Source: an uncultured Pseudomonadota bacterium (GTDB lineage Bacteria; Pseudomonadota; Gammaproteobacteria; Ga0077536). From it: DNA of 64,000 nucleotides. The stretch spans positions 6,833-70,832 of the forward strand of contig CAJWTO010000002.1 in the NCBI GenBank assembly GCA_913047675.1, written 5' to 3'. Under the pieces are notes generated by a model. It was not told the DNA's origin. It saw only the letters and a program-made list of their open reading frames with translations, and made no database searches. A program made the position numbers and the translations under genes. This document shows, piece after piece, positions 51,790 to 61,892 of the stretch. Each line of letters opens with the position of its first letter. Positions within the stretch are counted from its first letter, which is position 1.

Positions 51790-54057
51790 TTAGTCGGTTA
51801 TGGGGCCATCTGTTACAAATCGATCCAATACATTTTTGGTTATTTTAGAGACATTATTTTTGTAACTATTATGCGAAAGCGAGCCCGGCCATGCAATGGA
51901 GCTAGTTGAGAATACGCCTCCCCCGTTGTTAGTCTCGTAAAATACTAGATCAGCTCTTATCAGTGGGTTTTCCTGTCCACCAAGCCCTGGATAGTTAATT
52001 AGTAGCTCTTCACAAACAAGTAGATAAAGATCGGTATGGTCTTCGGACGAAGCGAGCACGTAAGCATTTGGATGTGTGCCTAAGCTCACATCAGCTCTAT
52101 CTAATTCAAGCCCGGCTGCACCGCCTCCGACGAGTCCAAAGTCTCCAATTTTTTCGTCAGGTCGTACTCCTGACATTATCCATTTGACAGGTTTTTTAAA
52201 GCTATCCGGTTTTCGAGTATAAAATGAAGAAATATCAAAACCCTGTGCGGTAAACCCCGAACCGACGATTTTTTGTGGCGCGCGGCCATTTCTTCGCCAG
52301 AGGCCGCCATATTCCCCAGTAAAAGAATGATAATACTCTCCAGTTTGTGCCTCCCAACCTCGAATGCCTCCTTCAGCTCTTCGTACCTCAATGATTCCGT
52401 CCGCCTCCTCGTGAAAGGCAATACGCCAATACCAACCATTTGCGCCAAGATACATCAGACGACCACCTCTATCCTGGTAGGTAGCCATTGCGTCCCACAT
52501 CTCTTTTGAATGATATTCAGGATGTGATGAGGATAGCACAACTTTGTATCGCTCCAGACAGTCCACCCCTTCATAGTGCAGTTCTTCATCTGTGATCACG
52601 TCATAGTCATATTTCATTGCTTCAAGCCAATTTATAATGTGTGTATCCGCATTAAATTGCCAGAGGGTGGACCCTTTCCCGCCAAGCCAGCTTTTATACT
52701 TTGGACGCATATTTAGTATAGGTCGCAAACGGGACGAATAGCACACTCCGGATCCATCAGTATGTACGTCGTAACAGCTAGGACCATACTCTCGATGTTC
52801 GTTCCTGTAGAGATCTTGGTGTTGATGTTCGACCAACCGTCCGGCTAGTAATTGAGCAATAGGTGCATCTGTCCCCATATGCTCATTGGCATAGGCCATA
52901 TAGCTGGCTGTGGGCAGTAGAAAACAGATTTTGGCTGTAGCCTTCCCTTTAGGAGGTAGAACGGCAAATGGTACATAGTCTTCTTCTTCTAGGTTGTTAC
53001 CGCATCGTAGCCTGGCAGCATATAACCCACTTTTCAGACTTTTTGGGATTTTAAGTGTAACGTCTATCTCCCATCCTGCGTCATGAACATCGTCGTCATG
53101 AAAGTGTATCGCACCATATTGGTTTGGCGCATGGCTCCAGTTCATTTCGTCGCCATTCCAATTCCATCCAGTCATTCCCCGAACCGGCATGTTGACGAGC
53201 TTTCCGTTGATGCGATTACCAGATACATCAGAAACATTCATAGATTTAATATTTTTAGAAAAGTCCCACGCGGCTAAAACATCTATTGCCATTAAGCTTT
53301 GATTTTGACGGTATTTTAGTTGCTCTATTTCCATGGGGTTTAGAGCTCTAGAAGCAATAGCGGGACTATCTATTTTGCCGTTGAAGTGATTCTGACAAAC
53401 AGTTCTATTTTTATCGAACTTTAGGAAGTTGGCGCCTATAGTTGCGACTCGTGCACAGTTTTTCATCCCGCGATTACGGACTGTATATTTCTTCTTAGCC
53501 GAGTCATTAATTTTTGCGTGATTATGCAATGCTTCTTGCGTTAAGGACACGCTTTTTGTTTTTGCATCGTAAGTAGCGCTTACGAAGTACCAGTTCCTGG
53601 GTAAGAAACTTTTTCCTGTAGAGAATTCTTCCAGTTTACCTTTCCCAAATCCGAGCGTTAGCGTTAGACCGCAGTTTTGCGACCCAAGCGAAAGGTAGGC
53701 GCCGTTTGAATCCCGTTGGGACCAATTCCCTATAATAGTCTGCTTATTGTTTTCTGGTATTGTTGGCCAAATAAACGCCTGTAATGTGAAGCTTTCTAGA
53801 GAATTAAAGTGTTCACTTTCTTCCAATTGTATAAAGGAACCTGCATGGATAACCTGCCGTCTCCCCGGGTAGGTCCCATTTGCTTTTGTTTTGATCGGAT
53901 GTTCTTTATATCCTGGCCCGTCGGGATTTAGATCGCCGCATATCAGTTTGACGAAGTCGGCCTTAAAAGAGTTAGCCCGGCAGTTAACCATGAAGTTAAT
54001 TGATTCTTCAGGTGCGACACTAGTTCGGTCTGCGTAAGCAGTTATTTTCATCGTCAT
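51790..54057 (-). CDS. N,N-dimethylformamidase large (beta) subunit family protein, paralogue 2
   Basis: It is 755 aa and colinear with the 802-aa paralogue. It is preceded by a small-subunit-like gene. Confidence 0.55.
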   Translation of the reverse strand: MTMKITAYADRTSVAPEESINFMVNCRANSFKADFVKLICGDLNPDGPGYKEHPIKTKANGTYPGRRQVIHAGSFIQLEESEHFNSLESFTLQAFIWPTIPENNKQTIIGNWSQRDSNGAYLSLGSQNCGLTLTLGFGKGKLEEFSTGKSFLPRNWYFVSATYDAKTKSVSLTQEALHNHAKINDSAKKKYTVRNRGMKNCARVATIGANFLKFDKNRTVCQNHFNGKIDSPAIASRALNPMEIEQLKYRQNQSLMAIDVLAAWDFSKNIKSMNVSDVSGNRINGKLVNMPVRGMTGWNWNGDEMNWSHAPNQYGAIHFHDDDVHDAGWEIDVTLKIPKSLKSGLYAARLRCGNNLEEEDYVPFAVLPPKGKATAKICFLLPTASYMAYANEHMGTDAPIAQLLAGRLVEHQHQDLYRNEHREYGPSCYDVHTDGSGVCYSSRLRPILNMRPKYKSWLGGKGSTLWQFNADTHIINWLEAMKYDYDVITDEELHYEGVDCLERYKVVLSSSHPEYHSKEMWDAMATYQDRGGRLMYLGANGWYWRIAFHEEADGIIEVRRAEGGIRGWEAQTGEYYHSFTGEYGGLWRRNGRAPQKIVGSGFTAQGFDISSFYTRKPDSFKKPVKWIMSGVRPDEKIGDFGLVGGGAAGLELDRADVSLGTHPNAYVLASSEDHTDLYLLVCEELLINYPGLGGQENPLIRADLVFYETNNGGGVFSTSSIAWPGSLSHNSYKNNVSKITKNVLDRFVTDGPITD

Positions 54058-54115
54058 TTTAAAAGGCCCCCATTATTTTTTACTGAATAAACCCCAACGG
54101 TCTCAATTAAGTGGT

Positions 54116-54442
54116 TTAAGGTTTGAGTGTCTCTCCCGTTAAAGACTTCCATCTTTTTCGGAAAATATACCACTCGGCATCGGATTGACTGCTGAAGGTT
54201 TTTGGTAATTTCACTACCTGCTTCCCAGCCACTCCGGATGTCTTAGCAAGTTGCCAAAGTCGATTGGGTTTAATGACTAGCAGACAGAATTTATCTTTCA
54301 TGGGGATACCACGAAATTTATTGAGAAGTCGTTGCAGCTCCGGACTGTGGTGACCGATTGGATTCCGTTTAAACTCGGCTATAAGCTCCCTGTCATTAGA
54401 GGACGATATAAATTTTTCTCCAGGATTTTTTCCCATTTCCAT
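54116..54442 (-). CDS. N,N-dimethylformamidase small (alpha) subunit-like protein, paralogue 2
   Basis: It is 108 aa and lies 58 nt upstream of large subunit 2. It is homologous to the C-terminal 70 aa of ORF 39993-40415. Confidence 0.45.
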   Translation of the reverse strand: MEMGKNPGEKFISSSNDRELIAEFKRNPIGHHSPELQRLLNKFRGIPMKDKFCLLVIKPNRLWQLAKTSGVAGKQVVKLPKTFSSQSDAEWYIFRKRWKSLTGETLKP

Positions 54443-54597
54443 ACTCCCCGAATATCACACAAGTAATTTTCAAAAGATTAATCCTAGCCTGTTCGGCACC
54501 TCGCCGCACGTGATTTATTAATTAAACGATCGATTACAATGCGACTTTAGCTTATCAAGGTTGCACAGAGCAGCTGAAGCAGCCGAGATATACTTAT

Positions 54598-55941
54598 TTA
54601 CATAGAAAACTGACAACCGGTTTTGGCCACTACGTCGTCCAGGCTAACTCCAGCATGGAGTTCTAATAGCTTTAGTCCTTGTCCATCCGGCAAGACTTCA
54701 AATACACATAGATCCGTGATGATCAGATCTACGACATTCTTTCCGGTGACAGGCAGGGAACATTCGTCTAGTATTTTTGGGCTGCCGTCTTTAGCAGTAT
54801 GCTCGAGAAGTACTACTACCCGTTTTACGCCTGACACCAGGTCCATAGCACCCCCAGGACCCTTGATCATTTTCCCGGGAACCATGAAATTAGCCAGATC
54901 TCCATTTGCGCCCACTTCTAGGCCGCCTAAAATCGAGATATCAACGTGGCCGCCTCTGATCATTGCAAAGGATTCCGCGCTAGAAAAAAAACTTGCACCA
55001 GTGTTGGCTGATATAGTCTGTTTCCCAGCATTGATTAAATCTGCGTCAATTTCACTTTGTTCGGGGAAAGGACCTATACCCAACAGACCATTTTCAGACT
55101 GCAAAGTAATATCAATATTTTCAGGGACGTGATTAGCAACTAGCGTAGGTATACCTATCCCTAGGTTGACATAAAAACCATCTTTTAGCTCTTTAGCAGC
55201 TCTTTGTGCCATTAGCTCACGTCCAACCGATACGCCTTTAGTATCTGATTCAGCTGTAGTGGGGAATTCGATACGTTTCTCGTAATTGTGTCCCTGAAAA
55301 ATTCGGTTAACATAGATCCCGGGTGTGTGAATTTGGTCAGGATCAAGCTCGCCCACCCCTACCAATTCTTCCACTTCTGCCACACAGATCTTTCCGCAAG
55401 TGGCAATCATCGGATTGAAGTTTCTCGCTGTCTTCCTATAGACTAAGTTGCCTTCAGGATCACCTTTCCACGCTTTCACAATAGAGACATCTGCCTTTAT
55501 TCCTGTCTCCATTACATAATCAGTCCCATCAAAAACCTTTGTTTCCTTTCCCTCAGCCAGCTTGGTACCCGCAGCGGTTCGCGTAAAAAAACCTGGGATT
55601 CCCGCTCCCCCAGCTCTGAGTCGTTCGGCTAAAGTTCCTTGAGGGTTTAGTTCTAGCTCTAGCTCCCCAGCTAATACTTGTCTTTCAAATTCCTTATTTT
55701 CGCCAACATATGACGCAATGACTTTCTTAACCTGTCGATTTTTTAGGAGAAGGCCCATGCCAAAGTCGTCTACTCCAGCGTTATTACCTACAATAGTGAT
55801 ATTCTTAATATTTGAATTTACAACTGCTGCGATTAAATTTTCTGGAATACCGCACAGACCAAACCCACCGGCTGCTATCGTTAGATCGTCAGTTAGCACA
55901 CCAGCTAGAGCTTTTTCAGCATCCTCATATGTCTTTTTCAT
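54598..55941 (-). CDS. fused 3-oxoacid CoA-transferase (subunit A+B in one polypeptide)
   Basis: The N-terminal half has the ScoA-like GGFGLCGIPE motif. The C-terminal half has the ScoB-like LGIGIPT region and the SENG catalytic Glu motif. Confidence 0.75.
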   Translation of the reverse strand: MKKTYEDAEKALAGVLTDDLTIAAGGFGLCGIPENLIAAVVNSNIKNITIVGNNAGVDDFGMGLLLKNRQVKKVIASYVGENKEFERQVLAGELELELNPQGTLAERLRAGGAGIPGFFTRTAAGTKLAEGKETKVFDGTDYVMETGIKADVSIVKAWKGDPEGNLVYRKTARNFNPMIATCGKICVAEVEELVGVGELDPDQIHTPGIYVNRIFQGHNYEKRIEFPTTAESDTKGVSVGRELMAQRAAKELKDGFYVNLGIGIPTLVANHVPENIDITLQSENGLLGIGPFPEQSEIDADLINAGKQTISANTGASFFSSAESFAMIRGGHVDISILGGLEVGANGDLANFMVPGKMIKGPGGAMDLVSGVKRVVVLLEHTAKDGSPKILDECSLPVTGKNVVDLIITDLCVFEVLPDGQGLKLLELHAGVSLDDVVAKTGCQFSM

Positions 55942-56158
55942 TGGACTCTATATCCTCTTTAAAGGTGACGTATTAATTATTTTGCTCGACAGATAGTATT
56001 ATAGATCCGAAGCATCCTTACTGTATAACAAAGAGAATTTGTTTGTGACGCTTACGGTAGGGGCGTATTGGATTTTTGGACCGTGAAATTCGATGACTAG
56101 AGGTAGGTGAAATTAGATTCGGTACCCAGAAAAATTCTGGGCACCGAATAGAGTGATG

Positions 56159-57532
56159 TTAACGCCCTTCTGTTAGGTAGTTAACGTCGTGGGTACGCTT
56201 AACTTTCTTGATTGTAGTGTCAGGATAACTAACCCCCCGACATGGAACTAATGTCCCTCGATTATTTTGTTTATCAATCACATTGATGCTTTGAAAGCTT
56301 AAAACACGAGTGCCAGGATTAGTGACGTCGCCCTTAAATTTTTCTCTTTGTGCGGCGTACTGTGAATCTTCTGTCCAGCTTTTTTGAATCTGCCAGATCT
56401 TCCAAAGTTCGCCCGCTTTATCGAAAGCATTCGCATACAACGCTTCGGTAGACTGACGGTCCATATAAATGAATTTCGTTGAGTAAGGATGATTAGCTCT
56501 TCCAGGATACATTCTCAAGACATCCACTTTACGCAGGGCCCAATCATCTTTTGGCGCCCAGCCATTCGGCCCGTAAAACACGGTATCAGTATGTTTGGAT
56601 CGAATTACTGCTAGCAGATTTGCAGTACCCACATATTCCCAAGTGTGCTCCATTGGGCGACCGTTAAATCCATAAAAATCCTCTAGTGTATGGTCGGTGC
56701 CTAATAGTGAATCTGATTTAACTTCTACTGAAATACGACGTACTCTTCTGAGACTTGGTATGTAAGCCCATGAATCATCCGCTTTCATTACGTCGTCATA
56801 ACGAAGGATTAAAAATGCCGTACCTGCGATGTCAAACGGAGAAGTGAATCCCGTATATTCACGAAAATTTGTATTTTTCGCAAAGCCTTTTCCGTTGTTC
56901 ATCCGATAACCGGACTCAGGTAAGTCGGCTCTATGCGACATGATAACTCGCTGGTAAGGACCGGCTAGTACACGCTCAAACGTGCCACCACCAGTGTAAT
57001 ATTCTGAATATTTTCCACCTGAGGTCGACATTACTTCATGCTTGGCATGGTCTCCACCTTTGCGAACCCACACCCAGTGAACATCGTTGATTTTTAGCCC
57101 ATCATTGTTCCATCTGAAAGTCCAGTTCCAAACTTGTTTCCAGCCGTCATCTTTACTTCCTGCAGTAAAATTTTCTGGGTCAAAGGGCATTCCGGCTTGA
57201 TAATTACCAATCGCACCATTATCGGCGAGAGTAGCGGTCCCATAGTATTTTTTCGTAGCGGTTTGGAATGCTTCCGCGGGGCTTAAATCGCCAGCATCTT
57301 TTATGGTCATTTCCATACCAGGGAAAATTAGATCATCTTGTTGTTCTTCTGGTATGAAGGGACGAATTAGATCAGCTTTGTCATAGGTGATGACATCACC
57401 TTCAACGAACTGAGGTTGGGCCTCTTGATTCGCTTTTATCCATGCTATATGGTCTTCAGCGGTAAACGCACTTGCCGACATTGATGTGATAACACCCATC
57501 GCAAATAGCGCTAATGTGCTTATTCTAAACAT
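56159..57532 (-). CDS. secreted hypothetical protein (457 aa, signal peptide)
   Basis: It has an N-terminal signal peptide ending ASAF. I could not assign a family; it may be DUF1329 or DUF1214-like. Confidence 0.4.
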   Translation of the reverse strand: MFRISTLALFAMGVITSMSASAFTAEDHIAWIKANQEAQPQFVEGDVITYDKADLIRPFIPEEQQDDLIFPGMEMTIKDAGDLSPAEAFQTATKKYYGTATLADNGAIGNYQAGMPFDPENFTAGSKDDGWKQVWNWTFRWNNDGLKINDVHWVWVRKGGDHAKHEVMSTSGGKYSEYYTGGGTFERVLAGPYQRVIMSHRADLPESGYRMNNGKGFAKNTNFREYTGFTSPFDIAGTAFLILRYDDVMKADDSWAYIPSLRRVRRISVEVKSDSLLGTDHTLEDFYGFNGRPMEHTWEYVGTANLLAVIRSKHTDTVFYGPNGWAPKDDWALRKVDVLRMYPGRANHPYSTKFIYMDRQSTEALYANAFDKAGELWKIWQIQKSWTEDSQYAAQREKFKGDVTNPGTRVLSFQSINVIDKQNNRGTLVPCRGVSYPDTTIKKVKRTHDVNYLTEGR

Positions 57533-57659
57533 TAGGTTTATTCCTTTGTATTATAATTTCACTCGATAGAACACCTCCCCTTGTCTACCTTACTTTTACG
57601 GAAATAATCCTACTATTTTTAGCGTGAACTAGATGTGAAGATTCATCCTGGCAAGATAC

Positions 57660-58079
57660 TTATGTGTAATCAGCAGTAATCCACTTTTCAGGCCTCATCA
57701 CCAGTACGACAGATTTTTCGGGTGATCTTTCATTTAGGTAATCAGTACCTGCAACGTCCCCCATATAACGGTAAACCATTTTTGACAGGTCGATTAGATC
57801 ATCACACGGTCTAATGTCGACTATGGGTCCTTGCACGCTGACATGCTTATAGGGGAGGGTTGCTTTTTGAACACATATTGAAAATCGCATGGCTAATTTC
57901 AAGAGCTTAAGTTTTTTAGAACTCTCTTTGACTATAATAGTAATTCCGATATTTGGATCAAAACTGTACCAGAGAGGGACAATCCTCGGGGAACGTTTCT
58001 TTTCGTCAATACCAACAATCCCTACCTGCACTTCCGACAGAAAACTCTCTCTTTCAGAAATTGACATTCTTTTCGGCAT
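57660..58079 (-). CDS. pyridoxamine 5'-phosphate oxidase family (FMN-binding split barrel) protein
   Basis: It is 139 aa with a PPOX-class pattern (RIVPLWYSFDP). Confidence 0.5.
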   Translation of the reverse strand: MPKRMSISERESFLSEVQVGIVGIDEKKRSPRIVPLWYSFDPNIGITIIVKESSKKLKLLKLAMRFSICVQKATLPYKHVSVQGPIVDIRPCDDLIDLSKMVYRYMGDVAGTDYLNERSPEKSVVLVMRPEKWITADYT

Positions 58080-58084
58080 AAAAG

Positions 58085-58762
58085 CTAATTACCGAGCTTA
58101 GATTCTTTTCGCTCTTGCGCTGTCGGTAGGTTCGCCAGCCTCTGCATCTCTGAGGTTGAAAGTAGGTTAGGATCCTCTAACATTTCGATAAACATATCCG
58201 TGCAGTCATATCCCCAGAATACAGTTTTGTTGTAAACAAAGCTCGGAATTCCATAGACCCCATCCTCTATGGCCTTCTCGGTATTTATTTTTAGCGCCTC
58301 TTTGACAGATTTGGAGGAGATTGCCGAGTCAGGGTCACTTACTTCAAGTCTCTGGCATAATATTAGAAACCCCTCATCTGTGTGCACGTCTCCTCCTTCT
58401 CCCCATGTATAGTCAAAAATTGTTTCAACCACTTCGTGAGAGGCTCCCAGACTTATAGCGAGTCTGAGTAGCTTTAGGGGGTTGAACGGATGCGCCGGAG
58501 GTGTTTTGAATGCGACGCCTAATTTCTGCGCATACCAGTCGCAGTATTGATATGTTTGGCGCCTTTTCTCTGGTACTTCTGCGGGTCCTTTTGTTTCCCA
58601 ATGTGCTAGAAGTCCAGCATATAATATCGGGTATAGTGAGATTTCAAGCGACTCGGGTAATTTATGAAAATGTTTGAATTGTAGGTACGCGTAGGGCGAA
58701 ATAAAGTCAAAATACCAGTTTGTTTTGTCGAGCATAATTATTCTCGTTATTTTTTTGTTCAT
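58085..58762 (-). CDS. 2-hydroxychromene-2-carboxylate isomerase family protein (DsbA-like thioredoxin fold)
   Basis: The N-terminus YFDFISPYAYLQ is typical of the HCCA isomerase / DsbA-like family. Confidence 0.6.
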   Translation of the reverse strand: MNKKITRIIMLDKTNWYFDFISPYAYLQFKHFHKLPESLEISLYPILYAGLLAHWETKGPAEVPEKRRQTYQYCDWYAQKLGVAFKTPPAHPFNPLKLLRLAISLGASHEVVETIFDYTWGEGGDVHTDEGFLILCQRLEVSDPDSAISSKSVKEALKINTEKAIEDGVYGIPSFVYNKTVFWGYDCTDMFIEMLEDPNLLSTSEMQRLANLPTAQERKESKLGN

Positions 58763-58838
58763 AGTATCTTATTTCTTTGATTTTCTATAAAAGGATGTGT
58801 GAATATTAGCTTCGTACCTTGTTGGTGCTTAGCTGAGA

Positions 58839-59714
58839 TTGAAACGGCAATTTATGAATTTAAGACATCAATTTATATTAGTTGGATTTATTTTGGCTGC
58901 CGTTAGCGGCAACTGTTCTTCCAGCGATCGAGTGGGTGACTTAACCTCTTTTGTGTCGCTTAGCATGCCCCGTTCCGGCGCCGTGAGTCCCTTAGCCATT
59001 TTACTTCCAGGTTGTCTGAACTGGCATCCGCATCATACTCGTTGGAAAAAAAGATTATTAAAACAGGGTTATGCAGTTTTATATTTAGATAGCTTTGCGG
59101 CTAGGGGTATAACGAAAAAAAGCGTTATGAGAACCCAGGTTTGCACTGGTAGTCTTATGCCCGGCTACGATCGAGCAACAGACTTAGTTAAAATTTTGCC
59201 AAATATTTGGGCGCGATCAGATATCGATGAAACTAAAACTATTTTAATGGGTTGGTCGCATGGCGGTTGGTCTGTCTCTGATTTTTTGACTATGGTAGCT
59301 ACTAACCGCGGAAAAAATGATCTCGATTTGAGAGCTGATAATTTTAAGGCGGCATTTTTGTTTTATCCGTATTGTGGAATTGGCACTCTAGCCGACGCCG
59401 GAAGGTTTCCTCCTAGTACGAAAGTCTTATTATTTCACGGTTTAGAGGATCGCATTACAAAGGCGCGAGAGTGTCGTCTCCAAGCGAAGTCGATTGCGCG
59501 GAAAGGGGGTGATGTTGAGTTTATAGGTTTTAGTGGCGCGCGACATTGGTTTGATAACCATACTGAGTTGGTGTACGACAGAGTTGCAACTCTTCAAGCC
59601 CGTGAATTGATAGATGCTGAGCTGGAGTTAGTCAAATTCTCTAGGACTGATGCTCCCTCATTTAATGGTTCCTCTCCTGATCTAATACAGCTTTATGATG
59701 GAGTTTTCCAATAA
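58839..59714 (+). CDS. dienelactone hydrolase family / alpha-beta hydrolase (secreted)
   Basis: It has a signal peptide. It has a GWSHGG nucleophile elbow and a C-terminal His region. Confidence 0.5.
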   Translation: MKRQFMNLRHQFILVGFILAAVSGNCSSSDRVGDLTSFVSLSMPRSGAVSPLAILLPGCLNWHPHHTRWKKRLLKQGYAVLYLDSFAARGITKKSVMRTQVCTGSLMPGYDRATDLVKILPNIWARSDIDETKTILMGWSHGGWSVSDFLTMVATNRGKNDLDLRADNFKAAFLFYPYCGIGTLADAGRFPPSTKVLLFHGLEDRITKARECRLQAKSIARKGGDVEFIGFSGARHWFDNHTELVYDRVATLQARELIDAELELVKFSRTDAPSFNGSSPDLIQLYDGVFQ

Positions 59715-59733
59715 ACGTGACAGGAGGAATTAA

Positions 59734-60510
59734 ATGGCGTTAATTATAAAAGAATTTGGCCGAGTCAGGCTGATCGAATTTAATAGACCCGAACAAAGCA
59801 ATGCTTTTAATTGTCAGCAATTTGTTGAAACGCGTGAAGCATTAAGTGCGGCTCAACTTGATTCAAATATTGCCGTAGTGGTGTTGACCGGCGCAGGCAA
59901 TGCGTTCTCTGCAGGGGCTGATTTGGAGGATATGAGACGAAAGACTAAAGGCACTGAAGAGCCTACCGATTTCCCTGAATTCTTAGACGTATTAGCGGCG
60001 TTTAACAAGCCCCTGGTAGCCGCTGTTAATGGTGTGGGAATCGGTATTGGGATGACGCTGCTGGCTTATTGTGATTTAGTTCTGATTTCTGAAAAAGCTC
60101 GACTGCGTGCACCGTTCCCCCAGTTAGGCTTAGCGCCTGAAGCAGGGAGTAGTGGCCTTTTTCCACAGCAGGTTGGTTGGCAAAATGCGGCATACGTACT
60201 GATGTCAGGTGATTGGCTCACCAGCGACGAGGCGGTGCAGTTGGGTTTTGCCTGGCGCTCACTAGCACCAGAAGAATTAATGGATGAGGCAATGAAGATT
60301 GCGGCGAAGATAGCTGCCAACCCGATTTCATCTTTAGTCGAAACCAAAGCGCTCATGTTAGAATCAGGCAAGTATGAGGTAGGGCGCCGTGCGCACAGCA
60401 GAGAGGTCAAGGCATACACCAGACTTATGGGCTCCCCGGCTAACCGAGAGGCAATAGATGCGTTTTTTGATAAAAGGATGCCCGATTTCACGAAGATTGA
60501 TGGCTGCTAG
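59734..60510 (+). CDS. enoyl-CoA hydratase/isomerase family protein
   Basis: It has the crotonase fold with GAGNAFSAGADL. Confidence 0.8.
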   Translation: MALIIKEFGRVRLIEFNRPEQSNAFNCQQFVETREALSAAQLDSNIAVVVLTGAGNAFSAGADLEDMRRKTKGTEEPTDFPEFLDVLAAFNKPLVAAVNGVGIGIGMTLLAYCDLVLISEKARLRAPFPQLGLAPEAGSSGLFPQQVGWQNAAYVLMSGDWLTSDEAVQLGFAWRSLAPEELMDEAMKIAAKIAANPISSLVETKALMLESGKYEVGRRAHSREVKAYTRLMGSPANREAIDAFFDKRMPDFTKIDGC

Positions 60511-60582
60511 TTCTTGGTGAGACTCATAAAGACAATTCGATGCACGTTTGCCGAAAAATATCCAATATGCTAGAAACTAACT

Positions 60583-61197
60583 ATGCCTAAATTAGTCTTT
60601 TTGATTTCCGTGGTTTTATTTGTTTCGTCCTGTGTGACACCCCCACCAAATAACCAGGGTAACCTGTGTGCCGTATTTGACCAATATCCCAAATGGTACG
60701 ATTATGCAGCGGCTGCACAAGAAAAATGGGGTACCCCCAAGCAAACGTTGATGGCCTTTGTTAAGCAGGAATCGAGTTATCGGAGTCATGCTAAGCCTCC
60801 ATTCAAGTGGTTTCTAGTTATTCCACTAGGTAGAGGATCCTCGGCTAAAGGCTATGCTCAGGCACAGAATCCTGTTTGGAGTGAGTACGAGAATGAACGT
60901 GGTGCACTGTTTAGAGGACGAACTGACATGAAGGATGCGTTAGATTTTATTGGTTGGTACAACCATCGTACTAACAAAAGACTGGGGATCTCAAAATGGA
61001 ATCCGAAAGAAATGTATCTCGCTTACCACGAGGGACATGGGGGATATAGGAGCGGAAGCTATAATAAAAAACCGCAGCTCTTGAAAGTAGCAGATAAGGT
61101 CGCCAAGACCTCTGATGCGTACGGTACTCAGCTGGCAACATGTGAGGCGCGACTTAGATGCAGGCAGTGGTATAAGTTTTGGCCGTTTTGTTCATAG
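60583..61197 (+). CDS. lipoprotein, possible lytic transglycosylase-like (SLT-like) domain
   Basis: It has a lipoprotein signal (VSSC). It has an ES motif in FVKQESSYRSH and a GYAQ segment resembling the SLT catalytic region. Confidence 0.35.
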   Translation: MPKLVFLISVVLFVSSCVTPPPNNQGNLCAVFDQYPKWYDYAAAAQEKWGTPKQTLMAFVKQESSYRSHAKPPFKWFLVIPLGRGSSAKGYAQAQNPVWSEYENERGALFRGRTDMKDALDFIGWYNHRTNKRLGISKWNPKEMYLAYHEGHGGYRSGSYNKKPQLLKVADKVAKTSDAYGTQLATCEARLRCRQWYKFWPFCS

Positions 61198-61234
61198 ACT
61201 GAATTTTTTTTGAATACTATGTTTTAAAGAATGT

Positions 61235-61726
61235 TTATGCGTCGAAACCCCTCCCTGAGTAGTCGCTTGCCGGCCCGCCCCCCTGAGGCCCGAGTCTTCC
61301 AGAGTCACCAAAATGACCCTTGCCGGGGACAAAGTTGAACTCGACCCGTATGCCATCGGGATCTTCAAACAGGAATGAATAGTAGCCTTCTGCCCAGCCA
61401 CCTAGTTCCGGTGTGCGAATAATTTTTGGTTTAAGTTCTTCGATTACAAATTGATAGATGTCATCGACATCTTGCTCACTGCGCGCCCGAAAGCATAAGT
61501 GATGCAGACCAACTGAATATTGATCAAAAGATCTTTTATCTTTCCCTTCCGGCACTCCTACCACCATTATCCCGGTGCGGCTTCCGATGCAGTAGACTGT
61601 ATCTGCATTCTTCACAAGAGTTTCCATTTCCAAGAAGTGGCACAGCTTTTCCCAAAATGGAATACATAGTTGGGGCGTATTTACCGTAAGTTGTATGTGC
61701 GCAATCCCATTTACTGGTACGGTCAT
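61235..61726 (-). CDS. VOC (glyoxalase/bleomycin-resistance/dioxygenase) family protein
   Basis: It has beta-alpha-beta-beta-beta modules. It has an unusual Gly-rich C-terminal tail. Confidence 0.5.
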   Translation of the reverse strand: MTVPVNGIAHIQLTVNTPQLCIPFWEKLCHFLEMETLVKNADTVYCIGSRTGIMVVGVPEGKDKRSFDQYSVGLHHLCFRARSEQDVDDIYQFVIEELKPKIIRTPELGGWAEGYYSFLFEDPDGIRVEFNFVPGKGHFGDSGRLGPQGGGPASDYSGRGFDA

Positions 61727-61892
61727 TTCTCATCCTAAATTACTTTATAGCTATGAATTTTAACAGATTTTTTACGATCTCGGTTAACACTCATTGTGTC
61801 AAGTTTCCGGACAAATGGCTAAATATCTTGTTTTTTGTATGTGAACTAGGATAGGTTCAAACAGTATTTAAAAGCATTAGCGGGGAGCTCGT

